From Desulfosudaceae bacterium (lineage in GTDB: Bacteria > Desulfobacterota > Desulfobacteria > Desulfobacterales > Desulfosudaceae): DNA of 64,000 nucleotides. Each line of letters opens with the position of its first letter. The stretch's first letter is position 1. The translations under genes and the position numbers were made by a program. A model generated the notes under the pieces. It was not told the origin of the DNA. It ran no database searches and was given only the letters and a program-made list of their open reading frames with translations. Positions 37,735-47,499 of this stretch are shown piece after piece. The DNA lies in assembly GCA_963674745.2 (NCBI GenBank), contig CAXXDV010000001.1, forward strand, positions 352,001-416,000. The letters run 5' to 3'.

Positions 37735-39357
37735 GTGCGTATTCTTTTATCATCCCCATTTAAACCGTTTGGCATTGACGGTAAGTACGGCCGGAAAGAG
37801 GCCCTGGCGGAAATTTTTCATAATCAATTAACGCTCAAACAGGGCGCGTTCTCAGTAAGGAATTTTACAACATCAAATGCATTACATGTAATCGCCAACA
37901 ATATCGATACGCCGACAACGGTACTGGACTGCCCTACATTAAAGCAATATATAAAAGAAATCCGAAATGATTATGATGTCATAGGAATAAGTGCGCAGTT
38001 ACCGAATTTTAACCAACTGAAAAAAATGCTACACGTCACCCGTCAGTATGCCCCTAAGTCTCGAATTGTCGTGGGTGGATTTGTAGCGGCGATCCCGGAC
38101 TTAAAAAATCAAATAGATGCGGATGACATCTGTAAAGGAGAGGGTATCGGCTTTATGCGCAACCTGCTGGGACTGCCCCCTGAATACAGATATCAAAACC
38201 CGCGCAGTATTTTTTCAGAAACAAAAGAAATCTTCGGGGTACCGGTCATCGGATTAAAAAGGCCGTTAATGGTAGTCGGCCTCGGGTGTACTTATGGTTG
38301 CGATTTTTGCAGTACCAGTCATTTTTTCGGAAAGAAGCATATTAACCTTTTAGATTCCGGAAAAGATATTTTTAACGAAATTTTATTTTTAAATGAAAAA
38401 TATCCGGATGCCACCATTGGCTGTGTAGGGGATGATAATTTTTTAGTTGACCTTGAACGGGCCGACGAGCTCAGGAAGTGCCTTGTAAAAAGCGGGCAGG
38501 CAGTCAAACTATATATATTCGCATCAGCAGACAAAATCGTTGATTTCGGTATTGAAAAACTGGCCGAAACCGGGGTGGATATCGTTTGGATCGGCCGAGA
38601 GAGCAAATTTTCCGCTTATAATAAAAATCGGAATATTAATTACAAAGCGCTTATCGCGGAAATGAAAAAATACGGCATCAAAACCATCATGAGTTCAATG
38701 TTGCTGGTTGATTCGCATTCAAAAGAAAATATCTACGATGATATTGATGCGCATATTGCCGCGGAACCGGTTTTCAGTCAGTTCCTGTTTTACACCCCCA
38801 CACCAGGAACGCCCCTTTATCAACGGTTTTTATTAGAGGGACGAATCAACACCGAACTGGCCTATGAGGATTATAACGGCCGAAATGCTTCATTAATTAT
38901 CCATCCGGCATTTTCCCCCCAGGAGGCAGAGAAAGTTCAAGATTTCGCATATCAAAGGGATTATGAAAGATTAGGGCCTTCACTGGTCCGCTATATTGAG
39001 ACGAATTTTACCGGATGGCTGCATATGAAGGATTCAAATAAACAGATATTACGTACCAGGGCCGAGACCTTTGCTAAAAAAATGTGGCAATACAGGGCGC
39101 TTTTGCATGCTATCGAACTTTTATCTTCCAGTAAACTGCACAAGGAAATGGCCAAGGATGTTCGCCGCCAGATAGAACTTTCTTTTGGGAAAACAACCAT
39201 TACCGAAAAAGCGATTGCCACGGGATTATGTATCAGCGGTAAAATCAGGGAAGCCCGGACATCGCTTTGGGGGGACAACATGCAGCCTTCATCTTATAAA
39301 TTTTATTTTAATCACACGCCATCGAAAAAAATTATCATGAAACGGATGGTGATTTAG
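37735..39357 (+). CDS. B12-binding radical SAM protein (AT-rich gene)
   Basis: MRILLSSP, IVVGG, GLGCTYGCDFC, DDNF, PTPGTPLY. Confidence 0.85.
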   Translation: MRILLSSPFKPFGIDGKYGRKEALAEIFHNQLTLKQGAFSVRNFTTSNALHVIANNIDTPTTVLDCPTLKQYIKEIRNDYDVIGISAQLPNFNQLKKMLHVTRQYAPKSRIVVGGFVAAIPDLKNQIDADDICKGEGIGFMRNLLGLPPEYRYQNPRSIFSETKEIFGVPVIGLKRPLMVVGLGCTYGCDFCSTSHFFGKKHINLLDSGKDIFNEILFLNEKYPDATIGCVGDDNFLVDLERADELRKCLVKSGQAVKLYIFASADKIVDFGIEKLAETGVDIVWIGRESKFSAYNKNRNINYKALIAEMKKYGIKTIMSSMLLVDSHSKENIYDDIDAHIAAEPVFSQFLFYTPTPGTPLYQRFLLEGRINTELAYEDYNGRNASLIIHPAFSPQEAEKVQDFAYQRDYERLGPSLVRYIETNFTGWLHMKDSNKQILRTRAETFAKKMWQYRALLHAIELLSSSKLHKEMAKDVRRQIELSFGKTTITEKAIATGLCISGKIREARTSLWGDNMQPSSYKFYFNHTPSKKIIMKRMVI

Positions 39358-39542
39358 TTGATTTTTTATTTATGATAATTTTCTCGATGCCTATGAGATA
39401 TCTCATAAATCGAAAAATCCGGAAGCGGTGTTAAACAAACAACTTTGTTCAGAGAAACAGGTGAGCAACTGCCGGTTGCAGATGTCGGTTCGACCTGCTC
39501 CCGGTTAAACAAAAAATAACAGAGGGAATCATACGAGCGGCT

Positions 39543-40841
39543 ATGCAAACCGATAATATCTGCAAAAAACGCATCACATGCAGAATCTGCGGATCGGAAA
39601 AACTGATACCGGTCATCGATCTGGGACAGCAGTGTCTGGCATCGGTTTTTGAATCCGGTACCCCTCCGGACTGGTTACGGCAGCCTTATCCGCTGGCACT
39701 CGTCCGTTGTGACGCCGAAGATGGCTGCGGACTGGTCCAACTGGGACACAGCATCGCCCCCGGGGTGCTTTACCGGCATTATGGATACCGCTCCGGCATC
39801 AACGAGCGGATGCGGCAGAACCTGGTCGACATCGCTCGAGTCGTGGAAAATATGGCCGGCCTGCAGCCGGGGGACACGGTTTGCGATATCGGCTGCAATG
39901 ACGGCACGTTTCTGGCGTCTTTATCCCCAGCGACAGACAGGTTGGGGATCGATCCGGCCGAAAACGTCATCAAATCCGCAAGAGATAAAGGGCTTGATGT
40001 GATCTGCGATTTTTTTTCCCGGCAAATCTATGAAAATGTCCGGCCTGGCGTCAAAGCCAAGATCGTTTCCACGATTGCCATGTTTTATGATCTGGACAAC
40101 CCGGCCGGATTTGTCAGCGACGTGGCCGGCGTCCTGGCAGATGAGGGGGTCTGGGTCATGGAAATGGCCTATTTCCCGTTTATGCTGAAAAACCACTCTT
40201 TCGACAACATCTGCCATGAACACCTGGCATATTACTGTCTGAAACAACTGGAGTGGCTTTTTGACCAGGAGGGCCTTAAGATCCATGGCGTGGAATTTAA
40301 TGATATCAACGGCGGCAGTATCCGCCTGTTTATCCGGAAAAGTGCTGCCGGCCCGGTGCCGGAGACCACCCTCGGCGAACTGGCACGGATCCGTCAGCAG
40401 GAGCAGGCGCTCGGCCTTGAAACAAGCGCGCCCTATACGGCTTTTTACGAATCGGCCCTGGTTGTTCGGGATGACTTAAAACAGTTATTAAACGATATCC
40501 GGAAAGAAGGGAAAACCGTTTATGCTTACGGCGCATCCACAAAAGGTAATATTATTCTTCAGTTCTGTGACATCGACAACCGGCTGATCCGCAAAGCGGC
40601 CGACCGGAACCCGGAAAAATGGTTTGCCAGGACGCCGGCGACGGATATTGAAATCATATCCGAGCAGCAGGCCCGGGATGAAAAACCGGACTTTTTCCTG
40701 GTCCTGCCATGGTCATTTGTAGATATTTTTAAGGAACGAGAGGCCGATTTCCTCAAAAACGGCGGGAAGTTCATACTGCCACTGCCCGACGTCCGACTGA
40801 TAGGAAACAATGGTGATGAAACAGCCATGCCCGTCATCTGA
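39543..40841 (+). CDS. NDP-sugar C-methyltransferase family (Zn-binding N-terminus, SAM domain, C-methyltransferase C-terminus)
   Basis: CRICG...C..CGLVQL, DIGCNDG, FDNICHEH, YGASTKG, LPW. Confidence 0.85.
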   Translation: MQTDNICKKRITCRICGSEKLIPVIDLGQQCLASVFESGTPPDWLRQPYPLALVRCDAEDGCGLVQLGHSIAPGVLYRHYGYRSGINERMRQNLVDIARVVENMAGLQPGDTVCDIGCNDGTFLASLSPATDRLGIDPAENVIKSARDKGLDVICDFFSRQIYENVRPGVKAKIVSTIAMFYDLDNPAGFVSDVAGVLADEGVWVMEMAYFPFMLKNHSFDNICHEHLAYYCLKQLEWLFDQEGLKIHGVEFNDINGGSIRLFIRKSAAGPVPETTLGELARIRQQEQALGLETSAPYTAFYESALVVRDDLKQLLNDIRKEGKTVYAYGASTKGNIILQFCDIDNRLIRKAADRNPEKWFARTPATDIEIISEQQARDEKPDFFLVLPWSFVDIFKEREADFLKNGGKFILPLPDVRLIGNNGDETAMPVI

Positions 40842-41556
40842 TATGGTCATCTGCCTGCCGACCTACAATGAACGATGGAATGTCGCCGACCTGGTTGAAC
40901 GGATCCGAAGGCTCCCCCTGTCGGTGGACATCCTGTTTATTGATGACAACTCGCCGGACGGCACCGGTATGGCGCTTGACCGTATCGTCAACCGGGAAAC
41001 CGGCGTACATGTGATTCACCGGAATCGCCGAATGGGTGTGGGCAGCGCCCATCAGGCAGCGATCCGGTTCGGTTATCAGCAGGGATATCATACCCTGATC
41101 ACCATGGACGCCGATGGCACCCACGATCCCGAAGACATCCCCCGCCTGGTTGAAGCCGCCGACAAAGCCGACGTCGTCGTGGGTTCCCGTTTTCTGCCCG
41201 CGGCCGCCGATCACAGAAAACACCGGGAGGCGCTCCAAAGCCGGCTGGTTCACCGGCTGACCGCCTGGCTATTGAACCTGTCCGGCGATATGAGCAACGC
41301 TTTCCGATTGTATCGCCTGGGCAAGATTGCCCCTGAGATTTTTGACTACTGCAAGTCTGACAGCTATGCTTTTTTCCCCGAAAGCCTTTATTATCTTCAT
41401 CATAATGGACAAATCATCAAGGAGGTCCCGGTAAACCTCGCTCCTCGGAAGGCCGGAAAGTCAAAAAAAAGACCCCGGGATATTGGCGAATGGATTTTCA
41501 GGCTGGCGTTCCTACATGCCCGGAGGGAATTGAGATTAAATGGCTTTTTCCAATAA
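40810..41556 (+). CDS. Polyprenol-phosphate glycosyltransferase (Ppm1/DPM1-like GT2)
   Basis: PTYNE, IDDNSPDGT, MDADGTH, GSRF, R..GKSK. Confidence 0.85.
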   Translation: MVMKQPCPSSDMVICLPTYNERWNVADLVERIRRLPLSVDILFIDDNSPDGTGMALDRIVNRETGVHVIHRNRRMGVGSAHQAAIRFGYQQGYHTLITMDADGTHDPEDIPRLVEAADKADVVVGSRFLPAAADHRKHREALQSRLVHRLTAWLLNLSGDMSNAFRLYRLGKIAPEIFDYCKSDSYAFFPESLYYLHHNGQIIKEVPVNLAPRKAGKSKKRPRDIGEWIFRLAFLHARRELRLNGFFQ

Positions 41557-43318
41557 AAAACTGTTCCTGCTCTGCCTGCTGCTTATAACAGCGGACTGGC
41601 TTATATACGGACAAGCCCTCTCCTTCGGCCTCATCACTCAAGATGATTTTATAACCATTAACTACCCAAAAATCCACCCCAACCTCTTATCCCGGCCAAT
41701 GACCATATTCACCACTCCAATGCCCGAAAGTGCCTTCTTCTGGATGCCCGTTAGCGGCCTCTCGTTTCTTACGGACATTCTGATCTGTCCGTCCAGTTAC
41801 CATGTTCTTCACCTGACGAATCTCATTCTACATGCCTGTAATGCCATCATTCTTTTTCTCCTTTTGCATTATACAACAAAAAAAACCTGGGCAGGTTTTC
41901 TGGTGGCACTCATTTTCACGGTACATCCTTTGAATGTTGAAACGGTCGTAGTGATTACCAACAGGGCAGCCCTGCTGTCCACGTTCTTCTGGATGATGAC
42001 TATCGTGGCTTACGTATATTACGCACAACACCCGTCAGCTTGTCGATACGGCCTGATGATCATGTTTTTCGTTCTCGGCCTGATGGCCAAACCGTCCATT
42101 GCCGGTTATGTTTTCTTCCTGCCACTGCTCGATCTCTGGCCACTATACCGATGGCAACTTTCCGAAAAAAACAGCACCACCACAAGAACCAAATTTGCCA
42201 TTTCATCAACAAAAAAACTGATCTTCGAAAAAATCCCGCTCTTTGTCCTGGCCATCGGATGGGGCATGATGACCTCATATTTTTTTACCCGCATACCGTA
42301 TTACCGGTCTCCGGTCTTCGCCGAAGCCAAAACCCATATTTTTTCCAGGATCTTCAACCTCCCGGTATCCTGGTGCGGATACCTTTATAAATTTTTAGCT
42401 CCCATAAGGCTGAATTATTTCACACCGGCCCCGCCTCTGGAAAATTTTTCCATCGGCCAAGGACTTGCCGCCGCGCTGATGATTGCTGTGATCACCCTTT
42501 TTCTGTTAATTTTTCTTCGTAGATACAAACCCCTTGTAACAGGGTGGTTGTGGTTTTTAATTTGCATTACACCAGCGGCCCTGACCAACGCGCTGATGCA
42601 GAATTTTATTACCGGCCGCTACGCCTATTTCCCTATGATCGGCCTGGCAATAACAGTGGTGTGGGGTCTGTCCAGACTTGCGAAAAGGCTATCGACGAAG
42701 AGAAAACGCCTTATCCAATGGGCCCTTATCGCGCTGACGCTGGTTTTCCTCGGTCTGGCCCGGGAGCAGACGGGAAACTGGGAGAGCCTGATCTCGCTTT
42801 ACAGGCACGCGATCAGCATCGATCCGGACAAAAGCATCCACCATCTGAACCTGGGCAAAGCGCTCTATCAGAATAGGGAACTTGAGCAGGCCGTTGTCCA
42901 GTTCCACATTGCGCAAAAGCTTTGCCCGCAATGTCCCGAGCCGCTTATCAATCTCGGTTTAACTTACCGGGCCCTGAATAAGTCACAACATGCACTGATG
43001 TACTTTGAAAAGGCCCGATCCATTCAGCCGAACGATATGATTATCAATCAAAACCTGGCGACACTTTACCTGCAACAAAACCGATCTGCCGAAGCGATCA
43101 CCCTCTTGAAGGGGCTGCTTGACTGCCGGCCCGAATACTCCGTCAGCATCACCTATCATCTGGCGATGATTTACGCCCGCCAGAATAATTCTGAAAAAGC
43201 CGTCTTCTGGCTTAAAAAAAGTGCTGAAAAAAATCCGGTCGTGCTGGCCATGGCTGAACAGGAACCGGTTTTTGACAGTATCAAAAAAACGGATCAATGG
43301 CGTGATCTGCGGCCCTGA
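41540..43318 (+). CDS. TMTC-like membrane glycosyltransferase with C-terminal TPRs
   Basis: QDD loop, HLTNLILH, HPLNVETV, MAKP, EKIP, RYAYFP, TPR repeats. Confidence 0.8.
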   Translation: MAFSNKKLFLLCLLLITADWLIYGQALSFGLITQDDFITINYPKIHPNLLSRPMTIFTTPMPESAFFWMPVSGLSFLTDILICPSSYHVLHLTNLILHACNAIILFLLLHYTTKKTWAGFLVALIFTVHPLNVETVVVITNRAALLSTFFWMMTIVAYVYYAQHPSACRYGLMIMFFVLGLMAKPSIAGYVFFLPLLDLWPLYRWQLSEKNSTTTRTKFAISSTKKLIFEKIPLFVLAIGWGMMTSYFFTRIPYYRSPVFAEAKTHIFSRIFNLPVSWCGYLYKFLAPIRLNYFTPAPPLENFSIGQGLAAALMIAVITLFLLIFLRRYKPLVTGWLWFLICITPAALTNALMQNFITGRYAYFPMIGLAITVVWGLSRLAKRLSTKRKRLIQWALIALTLVFLGLAREQTGNWESLISLYRHAISIDPDKSIHHLNLGKALYQNRELEQAVVQFHIAQKLCPQCPEPLINLGLTYRALNKSQHALMYFEKARSIQPNDMIINQNLATLYLQQNRSAEAITLLKGLLDCRPEYSVSITYHLAMIYARQNNSEKAVFWLKKSAEKNPVVLAMAEQEPVFDSIKKTDQWRDLRP

Positions 43319-44752
43319 TCAGCGATAGACAATCAACTTCATACCGGTGACACATTTGCCAATAATATCCGCCGGGCCGGTTAGGTTTAACAGGTACCGT
43401 TTCAGCCGCCGGGGATGAAAGTAGTATCGCCGGTAAAATGTTTTGATCATGGCACAGATCCGGGCTTCGTCGATCCCGGCGGTCCAGAGGGTTATCCTGG
43501 AATTGGCCTCCGGCGCCCGGACGAATCTCTGGAACCATTCACGGTCATAGTTCGGATCATCGCTGGCTTCTTCAAAAATTCTCGTCCCGGGAAAAGGAAT
43601 AAGCGGATTACAGAAGACATAATCCGCGTCAAGCTTGAAAACAAAACTGAAGGTGTTCTGAATGTTCTCTTCTGTCTCCCAGGGGAAACCTATGATAATA
43701 TTAGCGACTGACATCACCCCGCTATTCCGGCACATGGAAAACGCCTGATCAATCTGTTCTCGGGAGATGTGCTTGTTGATTCGCCTCAAGGTATAAGCAT
43801 TAGCGGATTCAATGCCGAACTGGATGCGCTCGCAACCGGCCGAGGCCATTTCCCTCAACAACTCCCGATCAATACAGTCCACGCGCGTCTGGCAGGACCA
43901 GGGCAAACAGACCCCGCTTTTTTTTATAAACCGGCAGAGATCAAATACATGGTCCCGGGAAAAGGTGAACACGTCGTCGCTGAACTGTATGGAGCGATAC
44001 CCCATATCTTTACAGACCAGCATTTCTTCGGTCACCAGAGAAGAATCGCGAGGCAGAAAATAGCGCTCCTGGTTGTTGCAGAAACTGCAGTTATAAGGAC
44101 AGCCGCGGCTGGCCACCATCAAGGCGCATGGATGATGACGATTTACAGAGAATCGATGTTGTTTTATGTCAAGCACGCTTCTATCCGGAAACGGCAACGC
44201 GTCGAGAGCGCTTTTATCGAGCCAGGTCGGCGGCGTTTGCACTATCCGGCCCATCACCCGGCAGGTCGTCCCTGGAATACCGTCCAACGACCGGGATTGC
44301 CGCACCCGTTCGACAATCTCCATCAGCGGAATTTCGCCCTGCCCCTGAACGGTAATGTCGAACCGTCCACGTTCCAGCGTGTCTTCGGGGTAAGTCCACA
44401 TGTGCGGTCCCCCTCCGACGATAATCGTATCCGGAAGATACTTACGGATGGTATCCGTCAGCAGGCAGGTACCGTACCAGAAAGGGGAAATCACGGAAAG
44501 GGCGATGATGTCCGGCTGAAACTGCTTCAAATGATCGATAAACCGCCCAATTTTAGGTTGGTTTGGTGTCTGAAAGTTGAAAAGGTCAACCTCTGCCCGG
44601 GTATTCTCCTCCAGATAACTCTTGATGTATAACAAGCCCAAAGGCGGGGCGAAATCATGCATACGAAATGCAATACGATCATTAATACTCGGGAATATCA
44701 TGCGGCCCGTTTGGGGGGGATTAATCAGCAGTATGCGAATATGTCCGGACAT
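43319..44752 (-). CDS. B12-binding radical SAM protein
   Basis: ILLINPP, PPLGLLY, GGPH, SRGCPYNCSFC, FGIES. Confidence 0.9.
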   Translation of the reverse strand: MSGHIRILLINPPQTGRMIFPSINDRIAFRMHDFAPPLGLLYIKSYLEENTRAEVDLFNFQTPNQPKIGRFIDHLKQFQPDIIALSVISPFWYGTCLLTDTIRKYLPDTIIVGGGPHMWTYPEDTLERGRFDITVQGQGEIPLMEIVERVRQSRSLDGIPGTTCRVMGRIVQTPPTWLDKSALDALPFPDRSVLDIKQHRFSVNRHHPCALMVASRGCPYNCSFCNNQERYFLPRDSSLVTEEMLVCKDMGYRSIQFSDDVFTFSRDHVFDLCRFIKKSGVCLPWSCQTRVDCIDRELLREMASAGCERIQFGIESANAYTLRRINKHISREQIDQAFSMCRNSGVMSVANIIIGFPWETEENIQNTFSFVFKLDADYVFCNPLIPFPGTRIFEEASDDPNYDREWFQRFVRAPEANSRITLWTAGIDEARICAMIKTFYRRYYFHPRRLKRYLLNLTGPADIIGKCVTGMKLIVYR

Positions 44753-44959
44753 AATTACCGTAATTTAGTGCACCGTTTTAAAAACATTAAAAAACTTCGG
44801 AGAGCAAGTCAAACCAAATATCTTTCTGCCTTGCCGTTCCCGGCGATGGATGGCGGTTGAAACGACAGGATTTCGATATAATCGGAACAGGGCACAGGTT
44901 GAAAAGTTACACCAGGTTTACCTCACGCGGCCGGCTTCGTCAAGCAGATCATATCGGCC

Positions 44960-45860
44960 GAAAATGGTTATCGGTTATAGAAATAAACCCGGGTCGGAGG
45001 TTGTAGCGTATCCCCCCAGAAACGGGTCCTGATTTTCCGAAAACGCCGAACAAACTCAGGCCGAATGCCGCCAAACGCTCAAAAGCCGTTGTCGGTCCGA
45101 AGTCGCTTTCAATATCGGCCAGAATCATCGCCGGCGTCCCCCGCATTTCCGGACTGGGGAGCAGGCGAGACATGACCCGGAGTAATATATGGATTCAACA
45201 CCCATTTCGGCCAGTTTCTCAGCGCCAAAAGCCACCCCTTTATCGGCCGACGCGAAAATAAACAGCCGATATTACTTTCCCGATCTGATGATACCTTTTC
45301 GCAATTCTTCGGCGCATTGCAGATCCAGCAGAAAGTTATCATCACCCAGAATGCTGACGGCGTCGGTCCGATGAAGTTTTGTGGCCCTTTCGATTTCTTT
45401 AAAAAGTACTTTACCGGACTTAAAGAAACGGATATGTCGTTTACCGAAAAAGTGCCTCGGGCAGCAGAAATCACCCCCATACGAACACCCCAGTCCCACT
45501 GCGATATGGGGCGAGCCAAGACGTCGCAGGGGCACCCCCATGGCCTCCCGCACTTGACTTACGGTATCCGGATTTTTAAATTTAAAATGTTCCGGCAAGC
45601 CCAGCAAGTGACGCACAAATGTGATTCCCTCGCCCACGCAGACATGGTCCACTTCCAGTATTTTCTCGATGTCGGGTATGGCCGCACAGAAACCGCCAAT
45701 AACGACAAGTGATCGCGGGGACAACGTCCTGATCGTCTCGACCATTTTTTTGACTTTTAGAAAATTGGGCTTAATGGCGCTGATATCGACAATATCGTGC
45801 CACTTTCTAACCTCCTTCTGCCCCCCCCTGAAGAAGGGGAAGTCCAGCACAGTCACCGGC
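44960..45860 (-). pseudogene. Decayed paralog of the radical SAM gene at 37735
   Basis: N-terminus missing; cluster motif reads CSYGGDFC; in-frame TAA (SGK*YRLFIFASADK); jumps to C-terminal-like ILADIESDFGPTT after a large deletion. Confidence 0.85.
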
Positions 45861-46070
45861 GTATCATCTTGATCTGGTGAACAAAAAAGGTTTTCAGTAT
45901 ATGATGATTTATCGAAAAATCCAATTATCGGGTCGTAATATTTTCCTTTAGCCCGTCGTCAAGGACAAATAACGGTCAAAAAAAACTTTTCTTTTGGCGA
46001 ACGCTTGTGTATCTTCTTCATATAAAAAACGCCTCCAAAGAGGCATCATGCTGAACAATAACAACTTCTG

Positions 46071-47489
46071 ATGAAACCTTATCGCGTACTTTTTATTAAA
46101 CCACCTGACAGCGACGTAAATGTTCTTGCACTGGATGTCCCGTTGGGAATATTATACCTGTCCGCCTGTTTAAAAAAAGATCTCGGCCAGAAGGTAGCAG
46201 TTGATTTTATTGACCTGCGCCTGGAAAAAACCGCCCCTCAGCCTCTGACCGCAAAGATAAAATCCTTTTCTCCGGACCTGATCGGCATCAGCCTGCTGGC
46301 TTTTAACCGGCTTTTTATTAAACGGTACATCTCACTGATCAAGGAGCTAGAGCCTTCGGCCGCCATTGTCATTGGCGGTCCCGGCGCCACCTATGGCTAT
46401 GATGAATTCCTCCAACAACACCCGGAAATTGACGCCGCAGTGCTTTGGGAGGGTGAGGCTTCCTTTCCGCGGCTGGTCAAAGCGTTTATGTCAGGCGGTG
46501 ATATTAAAACCGTCAGCGGTATCGCCTGCCGGGAAGGCGACCGGGTCGTTCTTACCGAAAAAGCCGATTACATCCAGAATCTGGACAGCCTGCCCTTTCC
46601 CGACTACGATTTGATTCCTTTTGAACGATACTGGGGAGAAGAACCGCAACCGCAAATGAACGGTGTACTTGCCGACAAAAAATACACGCACATCATCAGT
46701 TCCCGGGGCTGCCCGTTTAACTGCATCTACTGCCACAAGATATTCGGCCAAAAATTAAGAAGCCGCAGTCCGGAAAACTTTGTCAATGAAATCAGATGGC
46801 TCAATCAGGCCTACGGTGTCCGGGAATTTCACATTGTGGATGATAATTTCAACTTTGACCGGGAGCGGATGCACATTATTCTGAATATGATCATCGACAA
46901 TCAGCTGGACATCAAGATGGCCTTTCCCAATGGCTTGAGGGCAGACATGCTGGAACCCGAGGATCTGGACCTGTTGAAAAAAGCCGGTGCTTACATGGTC
47001 ACCTTCGCCGTCGAAACAGCTTCTCCACGGCTCCAGAAAATCATCCGGAAAAACCTGAATATTGATAAGGTGACTGAAAATATCAATTACGCCGCATCCA
47101 TCGGCCTGATTGTGAAAAGTTTTTTTATGCTTGGGTTTCCCGGTGAAACACCGGAAGAAATTCATCAGACCATCAATTATGCCGTAAAATCAAAACTTGA
47201 CCTGGCCCATTTCTTTACCGTTACCCCTTTTCCCGGTACTGCTTTAAGACAGTTGGCCGAGGAGACCTATCCGGACTGGCAGGATCAGGCGCTTTATCAC
47301 TACTGGCCGGACGAACCTTTTTACCAGCAGGCCACCGGCTACAACCTCAACCGCATGCAGAAAAAGGCATACCTGAGGTTCTATGGATCACCCCGGATGT
47401 TCAAAACATTCTACAAGTCCCCACTGAAACTGAAACGGCTGAAAAAATGGGCCCTGTTTGCTGCCCAAATTCTCTGGAAAAAGAACTAA
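46071..47489 (+). CDS. B12-binding radical SAM protein
   Basis: VLFIKPP, VPLGILYL, GGP, SRGCPFNCIYC, DDNF, PFPGT. Confidence 0.9.
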   Translation: MKPYRVLFIKPPDSDVNVLALDVPLGILYLSACLKKDLGQKVAVDFIDLRLEKTAPQPLTAKIKSFSPDLIGISLLAFNRLFIKRYISLIKELEPSAAIVIGGPGATYGYDEFLQQHPEIDAAVLWEGEASFPRLVKAFMSGGDIKTVSGIACREGDRVVLTEKADYIQNLDSLPFPDYDLIPFERYWGEEPQPQMNGVLADKKYTHIISSRGCPFNCIYCHKIFGQKLRSRSPENFVNEIRWLNQAYGVREFHIVDDNFNFDRERMHIILNMIIDNQLDIKMAFPNGLRADMLEPEDLDLLKKAGAYMVTFAVETASPRLQKIIRKNLNIDKVTENINYAASIGLIVKSFFMLGFPGETPEEIHQTINYAVKSKLDLAHFFTVTPFPGTALRQLAEETYPDWQDQALYHYWPDEPFYQQATGYNLNRMQKKAYLRFYGSPRMFKTFYKSPLKLKRLKKWALFAAQILWKKN

Positions 47490-47499
47490 CCCGGATATA

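Noticed and set aside
45272..45274. Recoded stop in the decayed radical SAM gene
   Set aside because: Stop is TAA, not at a Cys position, and the gene has other disabling lesions
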